From assembly GCA_965200315.1 (NCBI GenBank), contig OZ241362.1:3392001-3456000 (forward strand): a stretch of DNA of 64,000 nucleotides. Reading direction: 5' to 3'. Numbering within the stretch: position 1 is the stretch's first letter; each line of letters begins with the position of its first letter. Both the position numbers and the translations under genes were made by a program. Below are positions 13,001 through 22,158 of the stretch, piece by piece. The notes under the pieces were generated by a model that was not told the origin of the DNA, did not search any database, and saw nothing but the letters and a program-made list of their open reading frames with translations. Origin of the DNA: Candidatus Latescibacterota bacterium (GTDB lineage: Bacteria; Latescibacterota; UBA2968; UBA8231).

Positions 13001-13208
13001 CGCCGAGGAGCGGCGGCTCTTTTATGTGGGTATGACGCGAGCCGAGGAGGAGTTGGTGTTGCTGCGGGCGTGCAGCCGCCAGCGCTATGGCGAGCGGGTG
13101 CAGTGTGCGCTATCGCCGTTTGTAGAAGAGATCCCCGCTCGGTTGCTCGTGCGCGAGGATGTGGCCATGCCGCGTCGGCGCGGGGCTGAGCAGCTATCGC
13201 TTTTTTAG
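10002..13208 (+). CDS. endonuclease Q (PHP domain)-UvrD/PcrA helicase fusion
   Basis: N-terminal DVHLHSRF, GTGDYTHP, PAHIWTP, SNSDAHS, GKYH and Zn-finger CxxC...CPVCG. C-terminal AGPGSGKT, DEFQD, TLHAAKGLEF, EERRLFYVGMTRA. Confidence 0.92.
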   Translation: MQFIIDVHLHSRFARATSRDLNPSNLHKWSALKGVDVVGTGDYTHPEWFAELSEQLEPAEEGLYQLETSRCAAVEQELPERCRRAVRFMLSVEISTIYKKGDKTRKVHHVVILPTLESADRLNRRLGAIGNLHSDGRPILGLDSRDLLEICLEADENVLFIPAHIWTPHFAALGASSGFDSLEECYEDLLPHIFAVETGLSSDPPMNWRLSALDRYAIISNSDAHSPQKLAREATCFDTECSYPGIYSALKDRDPARFLGTLEFYPEEGKYHYDGHRKCAVCYKPAQTLAAEGICPVCGRKLTVGVLHRVEKLADRPEGFRPEVAPPYEYLIPLDEVIGAAVGVGPKSKKVRAVYDQLLAESGPELEVLRRAGLEAIESCAGPLVAESVRRMRCGEVDIYPGHDGEYGVISVFSEEERARLKGQGALFDLGPAIAKTAEEVHVPAVQSSRPASTTQAERDVDSPDAAQQQVEEAEGGPLVVVAGPGSGKTRVLTRRIARLVASGVDPGQIMAITFTRRAAGQMRQRLSALLDGGLGAMQVGTFHRLALSLLRELGCEPKLVLDEVEARRLLEGALVDAGLSGSVTAASQAISLAKAAARGPDEIAEEWRPHYDAYQAALRASGACDYDDILLDLLRLLEADAAVREQVRARFPYLLIDEFQDLNAAQYRLVLQLAGAGAGLMAIGDPDQAIYSFRGASPDHFVHLRELFSDTLLFHLGANYRSQAHIVEAATAVVGHNPEREAIELAAMRPGKERIRLIEVQSETAEGIAVVREIARMVGGTDMVQTDAGSEGTRSFADFAVLFRTGRQGQVLEECFRKEGLPYRLVGQKGFLQAPAVRAALAFARYTSISQEDVRRWQALEAMGAEPHILRQVRRGELSASAQAWVEALEARIAEYRQWAAQEGAGAWVRRWQAEFGDPEDEDLEHLARVADAAETLAQLLETVLLGAEADYEERGGPQGPEAVALMTLHAAKGLEFPVVFICGVEDGLIPFRERDADLAEERRLFYVGMTRAEEELVLLRACSRQRYGERVQCALSPFVEEIPARLLVREDVAMPRRRGAEQLSLF

Positions 13209-13209
13209 G

Positions 13210-15150
13210 CTACGCTGGTTCTGGATTGAAAAGCCGTGCGATATGCACGGCTTGGAAGAGCGTCGCTGGCTCTAGCTGCGTGCGCAGGGCGCGCTTGCGC
13301 GGCAGGAGCGTGGTTTCGCCGAGCATCGGCGGGCAAATCACCACTTCGACCCGTCCGCTGCCGATGTTGAGATTGCCGCGGGGACATTTGGGCCACAGCG
13401 AGTGCAGGCCGCGAAAAGCTAGCGGCACGATGATCACGTCGGGCGGCAGATAAGCAAAGAGCGCGTGCTGCATGGGCAAGCACTGATGCTCAAAGGCGGC
13501 GGTGGTGCCCTCGCCATAGACGATGCCCGGCCGCTCGGCGAGGAGCTCGGCAAAGCGGCGCGTGGGATTTTTCGCGTCGGCCGAGCGGGTCATAATGACG
13601 TGCCCATCAACGTTCTCCATGATCTGATCGACTTCCTCGGTAGTAAAGCCAATCAGCGAAAAAGAGCGCCCGCCAATACGCAGGGATGCAGGTTCGGTGA
13701 GGCGAGCGCGGGCGAGGCTCACCGGCGTGGGGAGTTCGCGCCAGCCCATCAGTTCGAGGAAGCGGGGGTCGTGGATCAGGGTACTCATTACCGGATGATC
13801 GAAGAGGCTGCGGTGCGTGGGCAGGAAAAGGACCTTCTCCTGTTTGTTGGCTAAATCGAGGTCGCGGGCGGTAGCGGCGAAGAGCGGGTCGGCGCTTACG
13901 GTCAATTCAATGCCGAAAATGTCCAGCGATTTTCTTCCCCATTCGCTGCTTTGGGCGCTGGCGGCTTTGAGGCGCTCCGTTTCTGGGAGTTGAGCCGCTA
14001 GCAGGCTCATTTTTTTCTTTCCGGTGCGGTAGTAGAGGAAAGCCCACTGAAAGAGACGCGCCCGCCGGCTCCATGGGCCGAGGCTCTGGCGTCGCCCGAC
14101 GTGCTGGTATTCGAGAAAGCGGCCCTTGGCCTTGCCGTCGAGCAGTGGGGGCAGGACCACCAAATCAACTTCCCCGCGCACCCGGCCCGCTAGCCGGTTG
14201 ACGTAGCCGACTAAGCGGCGCGTCAGGTCGATCATGTCGCGGGTCAGGTAGCTGTACTCTTGGCCGTACCAAAATTCCTTCGGCTTGATTTGGGCGGGGT
14301 CTTCGGAGTGGGCTTGGAGGAACTTGAGTAGCATGCCCTTACCGAGCAGGACCAACTTGCACAGCTTTTGGTGCCATTGGGTGCGCACCCGTCCCTCAAT
14401 GCGGGCCAAGAGCACGTCGGCGTCCGTGATGGCCTTCCACACCGAGATGCCGAGATAGATGAAGTTGCTATAGGTGTTGAAGCGGATGGCGAAGTGCTCG
14501 CCAGCGGCGAGATAATCGACGACGCGCTCGGCCACCTCGCTGAGCAGGTCGCCGAGCGTCCCGGCGTGGCGCACTCCGTCGATTTCGCAGGCGTAGTGCT
14601 CGGCCAAGCGCGGATCGTCGGTCAAGTCAGTCGCGGGCTCTTTTTGCGCCGTACCGGCTTGCAGCTTCTCGGCGACCGCGTGGGCGTGGGACAGGGGCAC
14701 GCGGGCGACCCGCAGCTTGACGAGGGCGGCTTCGCCTTCGTCGAGGGTGTAGGGGTTGTCGCGGCCTAGGGCGTGTAGATAGACCGATTGGTAGAGCGCG
14801 TGGAAATCGAGCGCATCGCCGCGCCCGCGTTCGACAAAGAGCCGACGAGTTGCCAAGTAGAGGCGGTTCGCTTGGTGGTAGGCCGGGCCGACGCGCTCGT
14901 AGCGGTCATAAGCCTCGTACAGGCGCTGGTCGCGGAGCGGGGGGATGCCCTCGTGAATGGTGCCGATCAGTTCGGCGCGTCGCGTGAGCGCGTCGAGGTC
15001 GCTGCCCACCGGCCAGGTGATTTCGCTTGGGTCGCAGTCGGCGAAATGGCCGTCGCTGATGGCGACTTGCATCAGCTCTTCAGCCGCCTCGTCGTAGAGG
15101 CGCAGCATTTCGTCTAGATCCATGTCGCTCAGCAGTTTGTCTAGGTCCAT
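13210..15150 (-). CDS. PlsC-type acyltransferase with a large uncharacterised N-terminal region
   Basis: C-terminal FLPTHRSLFD (HxxxxD), YGEGT, IIVPLAF. The first ~400 aa have no motif I recognise. Confidence 0.75.
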   Translation of the reverse strand: MDLDKLLSDMDLDEMLRLYDEAAEELMQVAISDGHFADCDPSEITWPVGSDLDALTRRAELIGTIHEGIPPLRDQRLYEAYDRYERVGPAYHQANRLYLATRRLFVERGRGDALDFHALYQSVYLHALGRDNPYTLDEGEAALVKLRVARVPLSHAHAVAEKLQAGTAQKEPATDLTDDPRLAEHYACEIDGVRHAGTLGDLLSEVAERVVDYLAAGEHFAIRFNTYSNFIYLGISVWKAITDADVLLARIEGRVRTQWHQKLCKLVLLGKGMLLKFLQAHSEDPAQIKPKEFWYGQEYSYLTRDMIDLTRRLVGYVNRLAGRVRGEVDLVVLPPLLDGKAKGRFLEYQHVGRRQSLGPWSRRARLFQWAFLYYRTGKKKMSLLAAQLPETERLKAASAQSSEWGRKSLDIFGIELTVSADPLFAATARDLDLANKQEKVLFLPTHRSLFDHPVMSTLIHDPRFLELMGWRELPTPVSLARARLTEPASLRIGGRSFSLIGFTTEEVDQIMENVDGHVIMTRSADAKNPTRRFAELLAERPGIVYGEGTTAAFEHQCLPMQHALFAYLPPDVIIVPLAFRGLHSLWPKCPRGNLNIGSGRVEVVICPPMLGETTLLPRKRALRTQLEPATLFQAVHIARLFNPEPA

Positions 15151-15177
15151 GTTGCCCCTGTCTTTCGGTATTACAGG

Positions 15178-15415
15178 TTATTCTTCCCAATTAATATGAC
15201 TGTTTATGCCGTGTGTCTCATAAGCCTTGAGAACATCGAAACAAAAATTCGCCAACTCTCGATTGTCTTCTTTTTTTGCCAACTCGTACCAGCGAATGAA
15301 CATTTTCTTTCCCGTTTCTGTCTGGTTGAGAGACTTCTTTATATAGTTGTGCTGGGCGCACAAAGTCAAAATAATCTTTGATCAAGTCTGTGATGGATAT
15401 CTTTTTTTGTTACAT
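15178..15415 (-). pseudogene. HNH-type restriction endonuclease remnant
   Basis: ATG-TAA-QKKISITDLIKDYF is joined out of frame at about 15367 to TLCAQHNYIKK (C-terminal HNH half motif). Directly downstream of the MTase; AT-rich. Confidence 0.65.
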
Positions 15416-15417
15416 GA

Positions 15418-16224
15418 TTATAGGAAATTCCTCTGGTTTATGTTGGCTTCGCTTAACAGGCGATTGATAGCGATGTCACAGTAGCCTTTATCTATTTCTA
15501 CGCCATTCCCTTTCCGGTTATTTTTGTACGCGGCAATTAGGGTTGAGCCGCTGCCCATAAATGGGTCGAGAACGGTGTCGCCAACAAAGCTGAAAAGCTT
15601 TATGCACCTACGTGGCAGTTCTAGTGGAAAAGGGGCTGGGTGGCCGCCCGCTCCTTTTTTGCTTTGTCCCGAAAAAGTCCACATCCCATTCGTCCATTCC
15701 ATGAACTCTTGTTTGGTAATATCATTTATTTTGCTGCCACTCATTTTCTTCCAGCGTTTTTTGTACAGAACCACAATGACTTCCACAGGCGCGGTGACGT
15801 AGGGAGCAGAGGCGGATAGCCAGGAGCCCCAAGCTGTGCGCCTCGATATATTCCCCTCGTTCCAAATGATGGTCGACTGGTACAGCCAGCCTACTTTTTT
15901 GGCGATACTAGTAATATCGGCGCAAACGGCCTGTTGTCCCCCTTTGTTTTTGTCCAGAGGAATGTTTAGGCAGAAGCGACCATCGTCTTTTGCCAGTCGG
16001 TAGCATTTCTCCAGCCAGAGCTCTGTGAATTTCAAGTATTCTCGATAGGATGTGTCATCTTGATGCGAGTTGTAACGAATGTCAACGTTATAGGGCGGCG
16101 AGGTCACTATGAGATCGATGGAGGCGTCTGCGATCGCACAGGTGTGCAAGATATCTTCGTTATAAATAAGAACATTTTCAGCCGCAAAATAGGGCTTGCC
16201 AGATGTTTTTAGTACTGCTGTCAT
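15418..16224 (-). CDS. beta-class DNA amino-methyltransferase (probably N4-cytosine)
   Basis: TSPPY (motif IV) precedes HPAPFP and DPFMGSGST (motif I); AT-rich. Confidence 0.92.
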   Translation of the reverse strand: MTAVLKTSGKPYFAAENVLIYNEDILHTCAIADASIDLIVTSPPYNVDIRYNSHQDDTSYREYLKFTELWLEKCYRLAKDDGRFCLNIPLDKNKGGQQAVCADITSIAKKVGWLYQSTIIWNEGNISRRTAWGSWLSASAPYVTAPVEVIVVLYKKRWKKMSGSKINDITKQEFMEWTNGMWTFSGQSKKGAGGHPAPFPLELPRRCIKLFSFVGDTVLDPFMGSGSTLIAAYKNNRKGNGVEIDKGYCDIAINRLLSEANINQRNFL

Positions 16225-16290
16225 TGCAGTTTGTCTCTCCTTTTTTGAAAGACTACGTGAATCAGCGAGGCAACTCTAACACTCCAGTGG

Positions 16291-17175
16291 CTATTCCCCG
16301 CGGTGCGCGACCACGCCGCGAGGATTCTCAAAGGCGTCGATCCACAAGCGGCACCATGCCTCGTAGTCGGTCAGCTCGCTGAGCGGGTTGCGGCGGGAGC
16401 GTGCGACAAAGTCGGGGTGGCCGGTGCGACCGGTGTGCTGGCCGCTGGGCTGGTAGCGCAGGTCGAGCGACCAACGGCATTGGCCGGAGTAATTGGGGGT
16501 GGAGCGATGGGGCGTAAAGCGGCTCATCAGCACCACGTCGCCGCGCTGGCACTCCAAGGGAAAGGGTTCGACTCGGGGCATAGCCTCGGGGGCGATGGTG
16601 GTGCCGCCGGCCGCCAAATGCCGGAGATAACCGGTTTCGACGAGGCCGGGCAAGACCTCCATGCAGCCGGTTTCTACCGTGGCTGCGGCCAAAGGCAACC
16701 AGCAGGTGACGACGTCAGAGCCTTCGGCTTCCGGCATCATCACGCCAGCGTCTTGGTGCCAAGGCGCGTTGTGGAAAGAAGGGCCTTCGCGGTTTTCGTA
16801 CGCTTGCGGCGGCTTGGAACGCAGGTGCTGGATGGGATTGCAGGTCAGTTCGGGACCCAGCAGCGATTCGAGCAGGTCGAGCAGATTTTCGTTGCGGAGG
16901 AATGCGAACATTGCCCGGCCCCGATAGTGCATGATGTCCATGCCGCGCCCGATCTCAGGGCACTGTTTGAACAGCAAGCCGTAGCGCGTGGCAAACGGAG
17001 CGTCCTCGTGCAGGTCTGCGATTTCGCCTTCGTCGTGCAGCGTCCGTGCGCGCTCATCAATCCACGCCGATAGCTCGTCGATGACTGGCTGCAAGTCGCT
17101 GTGAGTGAGTGCCTCGCGGGCGATTATGACGCCGCGAGTGTTGAATTCTGTGATCTGTTCCGGCGCGAGTTTCAT
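16291..17175 (-). CDS. PhyH family dioxygenase
   Basis: PWHQD, GCMEVLPG, TPHRS, RWSLDLRY. Confidence 0.9.
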   Translation of the reverse strand: MKLAPEQITEFNTRGVIIAREALTHSDLQPVIDELSAWIDERARTLHDEGEIADLHEDAPFATRYGLLFKQCPEIGRGMDIMHYRGRAMFAFLRNENLLDLLESLLGPELTCNPIQHLRSKPPQAYENREGPSFHNAPWHQDAGVMMPEAEGSDVVTCWLPLAAATVETGCMEVLPGLVETGYLRHLAAGGTTIAPEAMPRVEPFPLECQRGDVVLMSRFTPHRSTPNYSGQCRWSLDLRYQPSGQHTGRTGHPDFVARSRRNPLSELTDYEAWCRLWIDAFENPRGVVAHRGE

Positions 17176-17273
17176 CGCGTTTCTCTCCCAATTCGTTGTT
17201 CGGGCAAATTAAAGAAATCCCCGTTGAACTGTAAATTTTTCGGCATCTTCCGCAAAGCACACTCCGACACTTC

Positions 17274-18197
17274 TCAGCCCAAATTCTCGGCGTGTTCTTC
17301 AATGTAGCGCTCGATCTCGGCGGCACTCATCGCACCCGTAAAGGTTCCGCCGGGCGGCATGTAGTAGAACGCCTCGGCGTAGTCCAAGCCATAAGGTGCG
17401 CCGATGCGCTGGTATTCTTGTAGGCCAAAGAGGCGGATGTACTGGCGGTCGGCTTCCTCATCGTCATTGCCCAAGGCGGGCAGGTACTTGCCTTGGCGCG
17501 CTAGTCGTTCCTTGAGGCGGCGGCCGTGGGCACCCGCTGGCCCTTGGGCCTTGTTGGCACTCATGGCGGCGACCTTGGCGTCGAGATAAGGTGCTATATC
17601 GACGACAGTGTTGTAGGGCTGGCCGGGACGGCAGGTCCAGTAGTAAAGGTCTTTGACCGAGTGAGGCTGTAGGCCGCAGGCTAGTTGTTCGGGATAATCC
17701 TTGTTCATGCCGGCCATCCAGCGCGCCGCTTCGACAGCTTGGCCGGTGATGTAGTGATCCGGGTTTTCCTCCCAATGACCCCAAGGGCTAAAAGTGGTGA
17801 TGGTGTCGATTTTGAGGGCGCGAATTAGAAACACCAGCCGCGCCCGCAGCTCGGTGGGGGCGGCTTCGTCGAGGAAGTGATTGCGGTAGCCGAGGTGGAT
17901 GACCTGCTTGAAGCCCAACGCCCCGGCCAGCACTTCGACTTCGCGCTCGTTCTGGAGGATGGTCTCGCCCATCGTGCCCGGCCCGCACTTCTCGTCGTTG
18001 GTGGTCTGGATCAAATAGGCCGTGTAGCCTGCGGCGACCAGCTTGGCGACGAGGCCGGCGCAGAAGAGGGGAATATCGTCGGCATGGGCTTGGACAGCGG
18101 CCAGCACCTTGCCCGATTTGTCCGAGGTGTGCTTTTCGACGGTTACTTGGCCGACGGGGGTGTACCAAGGAATGCGCGGGTCGGGACTAGAGGCCAT
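17274..18197 (-). CDS. PIG-L/LmbE family deacetylase
   Basis: AVQAHADD, NPDH, YAEAF. Confidence 0.88.
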   Translation of the reverse strand: MASSPDPRIPWYTPVGQVTVEKHTSDKSGKVLAAVQAHADDIPLFCAGLVAKLVAAGYTAYLIQTTNDEKCGPGTMGETILQNEREVEVLAGALGFKQVIHLGYRNHFLDEAAPTELRARLVFLIRALKIDTITTFSPWGHWEENPDHYITGQAVEAARWMAGMNKDYPEQLACGLQPHSVKDLYYWTCRPGQPYNTVVDIAPYLDAKVAAMSANKAQGPAGAHGRRLKERLARQGKYLPALGNDDEEADRQYIRLFGLQEYQRIGAPYGLDYAEAFYYMPPGGTFTGAMSAAEIERYIEEHAENLG

Positions 18198-19535
18198 GGT
18201 CGTTTCCTTTTTGGAGTGGGACGGCTGTTTCCCCGGACACCGTCGGCTCGGCGGCGATGCGCTCGCGCCAATCGGCCATGGTGCGGCCGTTCATACGCAA
18301 GACGCGGGCAGCAGCTTGGTCGAGAACAGCGCGTACAGGGCACTCGGCCATCTGCGGCCACGGCAACAGCGTTTGCGAGCGCGTCTGCTCAAAGGCATCG
18401 GCGAGCGGCGACACATCAACCTCGTGCCAATCTGGAATGAGCAGGGAACGGAGCGCGGCAAGTGTGTATAGTGGGTAGTCAAGGGCTTTGGCGCGGCAAT
18501 GCAGCAGCGTGAGAATGCCGGGCGTAGAATTCCACCAAGCGCATAACGCCTGCTCAAAGGTGGGATTCGGCACTATGGGCCGCACGGGACACCACGCGGA
18601 ACCGAGCAGAGGTTCGGCCGCATAACATGCCGCGGTGCGTACCGTGTTCGTTCTCAACCGATTGGCGACGAGCAGCCGACTCGCCTTTCCCGTCAGAGAG
18701 CGAGCATAGGTTTCTTTGTTGGGCTTGGGCGTACCGACAACATCCGCTTTAGCGTCCATGCAAACGCAAATGTCGGTCGAATGATCCCAAAGAATGGGCG
18801 CAGTCCACGGCGCATTCGGCGATGGGGTGCGCAGGAAGGCATCGCGGACTCTTCGTCCTTCCGGTTCGATATAGCAAAGTTCGCCCGCCGGCCGGAGCCT
18901 CGTGCCCGCGAGTGCTGCGAGGTCGTAGATCGCATCGGCTAGCGCACCGTCGTAAAACTGCGCCGCACTCCAATCGCCTTCGCGGATGCGCGGCCACGGC
19001 CACGCATGTTCCGTGCCCCAATCGTCGAGCGGCTTGCCTTCGTTGATTAAGTCCGACAGCAAAATGGCTTCGTGAGCGTCTCGCGACATCCGGGCTAGCG
19101 AAATGAACCGCGTTGGCTTGCGCTCTTCACCGGGGCGACGGGCGATCAGCAGGGATTCGTGAATACTCGTGTTCTCCGAGAAGTTGATGCGCCTAGGGTC
19201 GTGGCTGGTGACGATGGTTTCGATTTGGAAACGGTCGGCGAGGAACTTCCGTTCATGTATGCCTGACGCATTAATCAGGGCAGTCGTCGGTGCAACTTTT
19301 GCTAGGATGCCCCGGTCTTGCTTCAACAGTACATCCGCTAGAGGCGAAAAGAACGTGCTGATACTAGTCTGATCAATCGCCCTAAAAGCCAGTTCGTCGC
19401 CGCGTATTTTGACGAATTGGGCCACCTGAATTTCGCGTTCTTGGACCGCCCGGCGGTCGCGGCTATCGTACTGGCGATTGCGGATGTCGTTGCGCGTGAA
19501 CGGCGGATTCATAATGACCAGATCGAACGACCCCA
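18187..19535 (-). pseudogene. C-terminal part of a type IIG-like RM enzyme (N6-adenine MTase motif IV plus target-recognition region)
   Basis: FDLVIMNPPF, FSENTSIHESLLI, LCAWWNSTPG. Motif I and the nuclease are absent. The ORF N-terminus up to 19737 is translated repeat DNA. Confidence 0.7.
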
Positions 19536-19582
19536 CCAGCGAGCCGTTGCGGATGATCCGGACGCAGAGTGGTATGGACAAG

Positions 19583-19706
19583 CTAAGTACACGACATTTG
19601 GCTTGAGTGGGCATTTTTTGGTATCGCCCTAAGAGCGCGGGCGTCTCGCCCGCAGGCGGGCAGGATGCCCGCGCTCCCAGAAAAGACCCTACGGTCGGGT
19701 ACTTAG
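19583..19706. mobile_element. 124 bp MITE with 13 bp terminal inverted repeats and an internal REP-like palindrome
   Basis: CTAAGTACACGAC...GTCGGGTACTTAG (12/13 match). Inside: GAGCGCGGGCGTCTCGCCCGC-AG-GCGGGCAGGATGCCCGCGCTC. Confidence 0.75.
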
Positions 19707-19761
19707 TGGGCAACACAAGCCGCTCATTGAAGTACAAAGACGCAATGCGCTCGTTCCCAAG

Positions 19762-21288
19762 CTAAAGAAGGCCGCTGCGATCAAGGGCCCGGTATTGTAT
19801 GGCCTCCGCCAAGTGCTGCGGCCGGATGGGGGCGTCGGCCAAGTCGGCTATGGTGCGGGCGACTTTGAGGATGCGGTCGTAGGCTCGGGCCGAGAGGCCG
19901 AGGCGGGCCATAGCTTTTTCGAGCAGGGCCTGCCCGGCGTCATCGAGCGAACAGTGGCGGCGGATGTGCCGCGTACTCATCTGGGCGTTGCAGAATAGCT
20001 CGCCGGCAAAGCGATCGAGTTGCCGCTGGCGGGCGGTGTTGACGCGCTGAAGGATGTGCGCCGAGTCTTCGCCGCCTTGCTTGTTGGCCAAGTCGTCGTA
20101 GGCGAGGGCCGGCACTTCAATGTGGATGTCGATGCGGTCGAGGAGCGGCCCAGAAACGCGCGCACGATAGCGGCGGATTGCAGCCGGAGAGCAGGTGCAG
20201 GTGTGGCGGGCGTCCGCAAGGTAGCCGCAAGGGCAGGGATTCATCGCTGCGACCAAGGTAAAATCCGCTGGATAGGCGATAGCGACCTGTGCCCGCGTGA
20301 TGGTGACGGCGTGGTCTTCGAGCGGCTGGCGCAGCGCCTCGACGACGTTGCGGCGAAATTCGGGCAGCTCGTCTAGGAAGAGTACGCCGTGGTGGGAGAG
20401 CGACACCTCGCCCGGGCGGGGGTACGCGCCGCCGCCGATGAGGCCCGCGTCCGAGATGGTGTGGTGCGGGGCGCGGAAGGGCCGGGTGGCGACTAGGGCT
20501 TGGCCTTGGGAAAGGATGCCGGCGACCGAATGGATCTTGGTGGTGGCGAGCGCTTCTTGCAGGGTTGGTGCCGGGAGGATCGTGGGCAGGCGACGGGCGA
20601 GCATGGTCTTGCCCGACCCAGGCGGCCCAACCATGAGCAAGTTGTGCCCTCCGCTGGCGGCGACTTCAAGGGCGCGCTTGGCGTGCTCTTGGCCGCGCAC
20701 TTCCGCAAAGTCAACCCCGTAGTCGGCGTTGCTGCGAAATACCTCCTCCACGTTCAATTCGTAGGGCCGTTGCTGCGCGTCGCCGGTCAAGATGGCCAGC
20801 GCTTCGCTCAGCGAACTGACTCCATAGACGAGCGGCCCGTTGGCAATGGCGGCCTCGCGGGCGTTTTGCGTCGGCACGATCATCCCGTAGAGACCTTGCT
20901 GGTGCAGGGAGGTGGCCATAGAAAGCATGCCGTGGACCGGACGCACACTGCCGTTGAGTGAGAGTTCGCCCAAGAGCGCGAACTCGGCGAGGCACACGGG
21001 CTTGATCTGGCGGGAGGCCACCAAGACGCCGACGGCTATGGGCAGGTCGAAAGCCGAGCCTTCCTTCTTGCGGTCGGCCGGCGCGAGATTGATGGTGATC
21101 TTGCGCCGCGGCCACTGATAGCCGGCGTTTTTGATGGCCGCTAGGACGCGCTCCTTGCTTTCGCGAACTGCGGAGTCAGGCAGACCGACGACCGTGAAGG
21201 CTGGCAAGCTGCGGTCGGTATCGGCTTCGACGTGGACGGGGTACGCGTCAATCCCAAGCGTAGCGGCCGAGAGGACGGTGCAGGGCAT
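19762..21288 (-). CDS. comM: YifB/ComM Mg-chelatase-like AAA+ ATPase
   Basis: VGLPDSAVRESKERV, INLAPAD, GPPGSGKT, RPFRAPHH, FLDELPEF, AMNPCPCG. Confidence 0.95.
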   Translation of the reverse strand: MPCTVLSAATLGIDAYPVHVEADTDRSLPAFTVVGLPDSAVRESKERVLAAIKNAGYQWPRRKITINLAPADRKKEGSAFDLPIAVGVLVASRQIKPVCLAEFALLGELSLNGSVRPVHGMLSMATSLHQQGLYGMIVPTQNAREAAIANGPLVYGVSSLSEALAILTGDAQQRPYELNVEEVFRSNADYGVDFAEVRGQEHAKRALEVAASGGHNLLMVGPPGSGKTMLARRLPTILPAPTLQEALATTKIHSVAGILSQGQALVATRPFRAPHHTISDAGLIGGGAYPRPGEVSLSHHGVLFLDELPEFRRNVVEALRQPLEDHAVTITRAQVAIAYPADFTLVAAMNPCPCGYLADARHTCTCSPAAIRRYRARVSGPLLDRIDIHIEVPALAYDDLANKQGGEDSAHILQRVNTARQRQLDRFAGELFCNAQMSTRHIRRHCSLDDAGQALLEKAMARLGLSARAYDRILKVARTIADLADAPIRPQHLAEAIQYRALDRSGLL

Positions 21289-21316
21289 GCGGTTCCTTTC
21301 CGTTGAGACATGAGTA

Positions 21317-21439
21317 CGCGACATCGGCGTTTTGCGGCGGAGCTATCCCCTAGCCTCCTTCCGACTCGGAAGGAAGCCGGGGGTAGGTTGCGCTGAAACG
21401 GAAACCGCCGCTGACCGCGTGCGGTAGGTGGCTGTCGCG
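21317..21439. other. nested inverted-repeat (rod-like) intergenic element, candidate structured RNA
   Basis: CGCGACA/TGTCGCG, GCGGCGG/CCGCCGC and CCTTCCGA/TCGGAAGG pair in nested order. Confidence 0.45.
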
Positions 21440-21618
21440 CAGCGTAGTAAGGTCGTGTGCTAAGAAAGGAAACAAGAACCGTGCCAGCGGGGATGTGCTC
21501 TGAGGCCGCTAGGGATGTTGACATTCAGAATGGGAGCTAAGCGATACGGCGCTGACACCTATAGGCTACAGCAGGCCGAACCTCATAGAAGCGCTGGCTT
21601 ACTGGCCACTGATACCAG

Positions 21619-22158
21619 CTATTTCGGGAGGGATGGTCCTTGGTTCGCACCGCATCCTTGCCACCTCGCCTGCTGCCAAGCCGCGTAAAATTCCTCCACA
21701 GATCAGTAGCGCACCGTGCGCTCTTGGCGACAGGCGCACCGCACGACCATGGCGTCGGGGGGCAGGCGGCGAAAGCGCTGATGCGCCGATTGCGGATCGG
21801 CGCGTCCGCCGTATAGGCACTCGCCGTCAACCCAGTCGTACACAAGTGCCGGACCGTGCGCGGTTTCGACGATGCTATGCAGTGCTGGCAAGGCCGGATG
21901 ATCGCAGCTACGTCTGAGCCGGGCCGCATTGTACAGGAGTGCCCCACGGGCCGCGTGGTCGCAGAATACCTCGGCCTCGGGATCGGTGGTTTTGACGAAG
22001 AAGCGCTCGCCGCCAACCTGCACTCCATAGGAGATATTACCCGAGTCTTGGGTGGCCGCGCCAAAGGTGGCAAATACGGTGCCGATTGCTGCGAGATACG
22101 GGCCGGGCGGCCCGTCGATGCGCTCGATGTCGCGCAGCGGATGGGCAGGCTCGCTCAA
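21619..22158 (-). pseudogene. Ser/Thr kinase-like protein with the catalytic core deleted
   Basis: FFVKT lysine and HPALP...LVYDWVDGE hinge, then a direct jump at about 21750 to C-terminal VVRCACRQERTVRY*SVEEFYAAW. No catalytic loop or DFG-like motif; in-frame TGA. Confidence 0.75.

Noticed and set aside
21355-21385. CGGAAGGAAG resembling SRP RNA domain IV
   Set aside because: Lacks the upstream CAGG and downstream CAGC; it is simply one arm of a palindrome.
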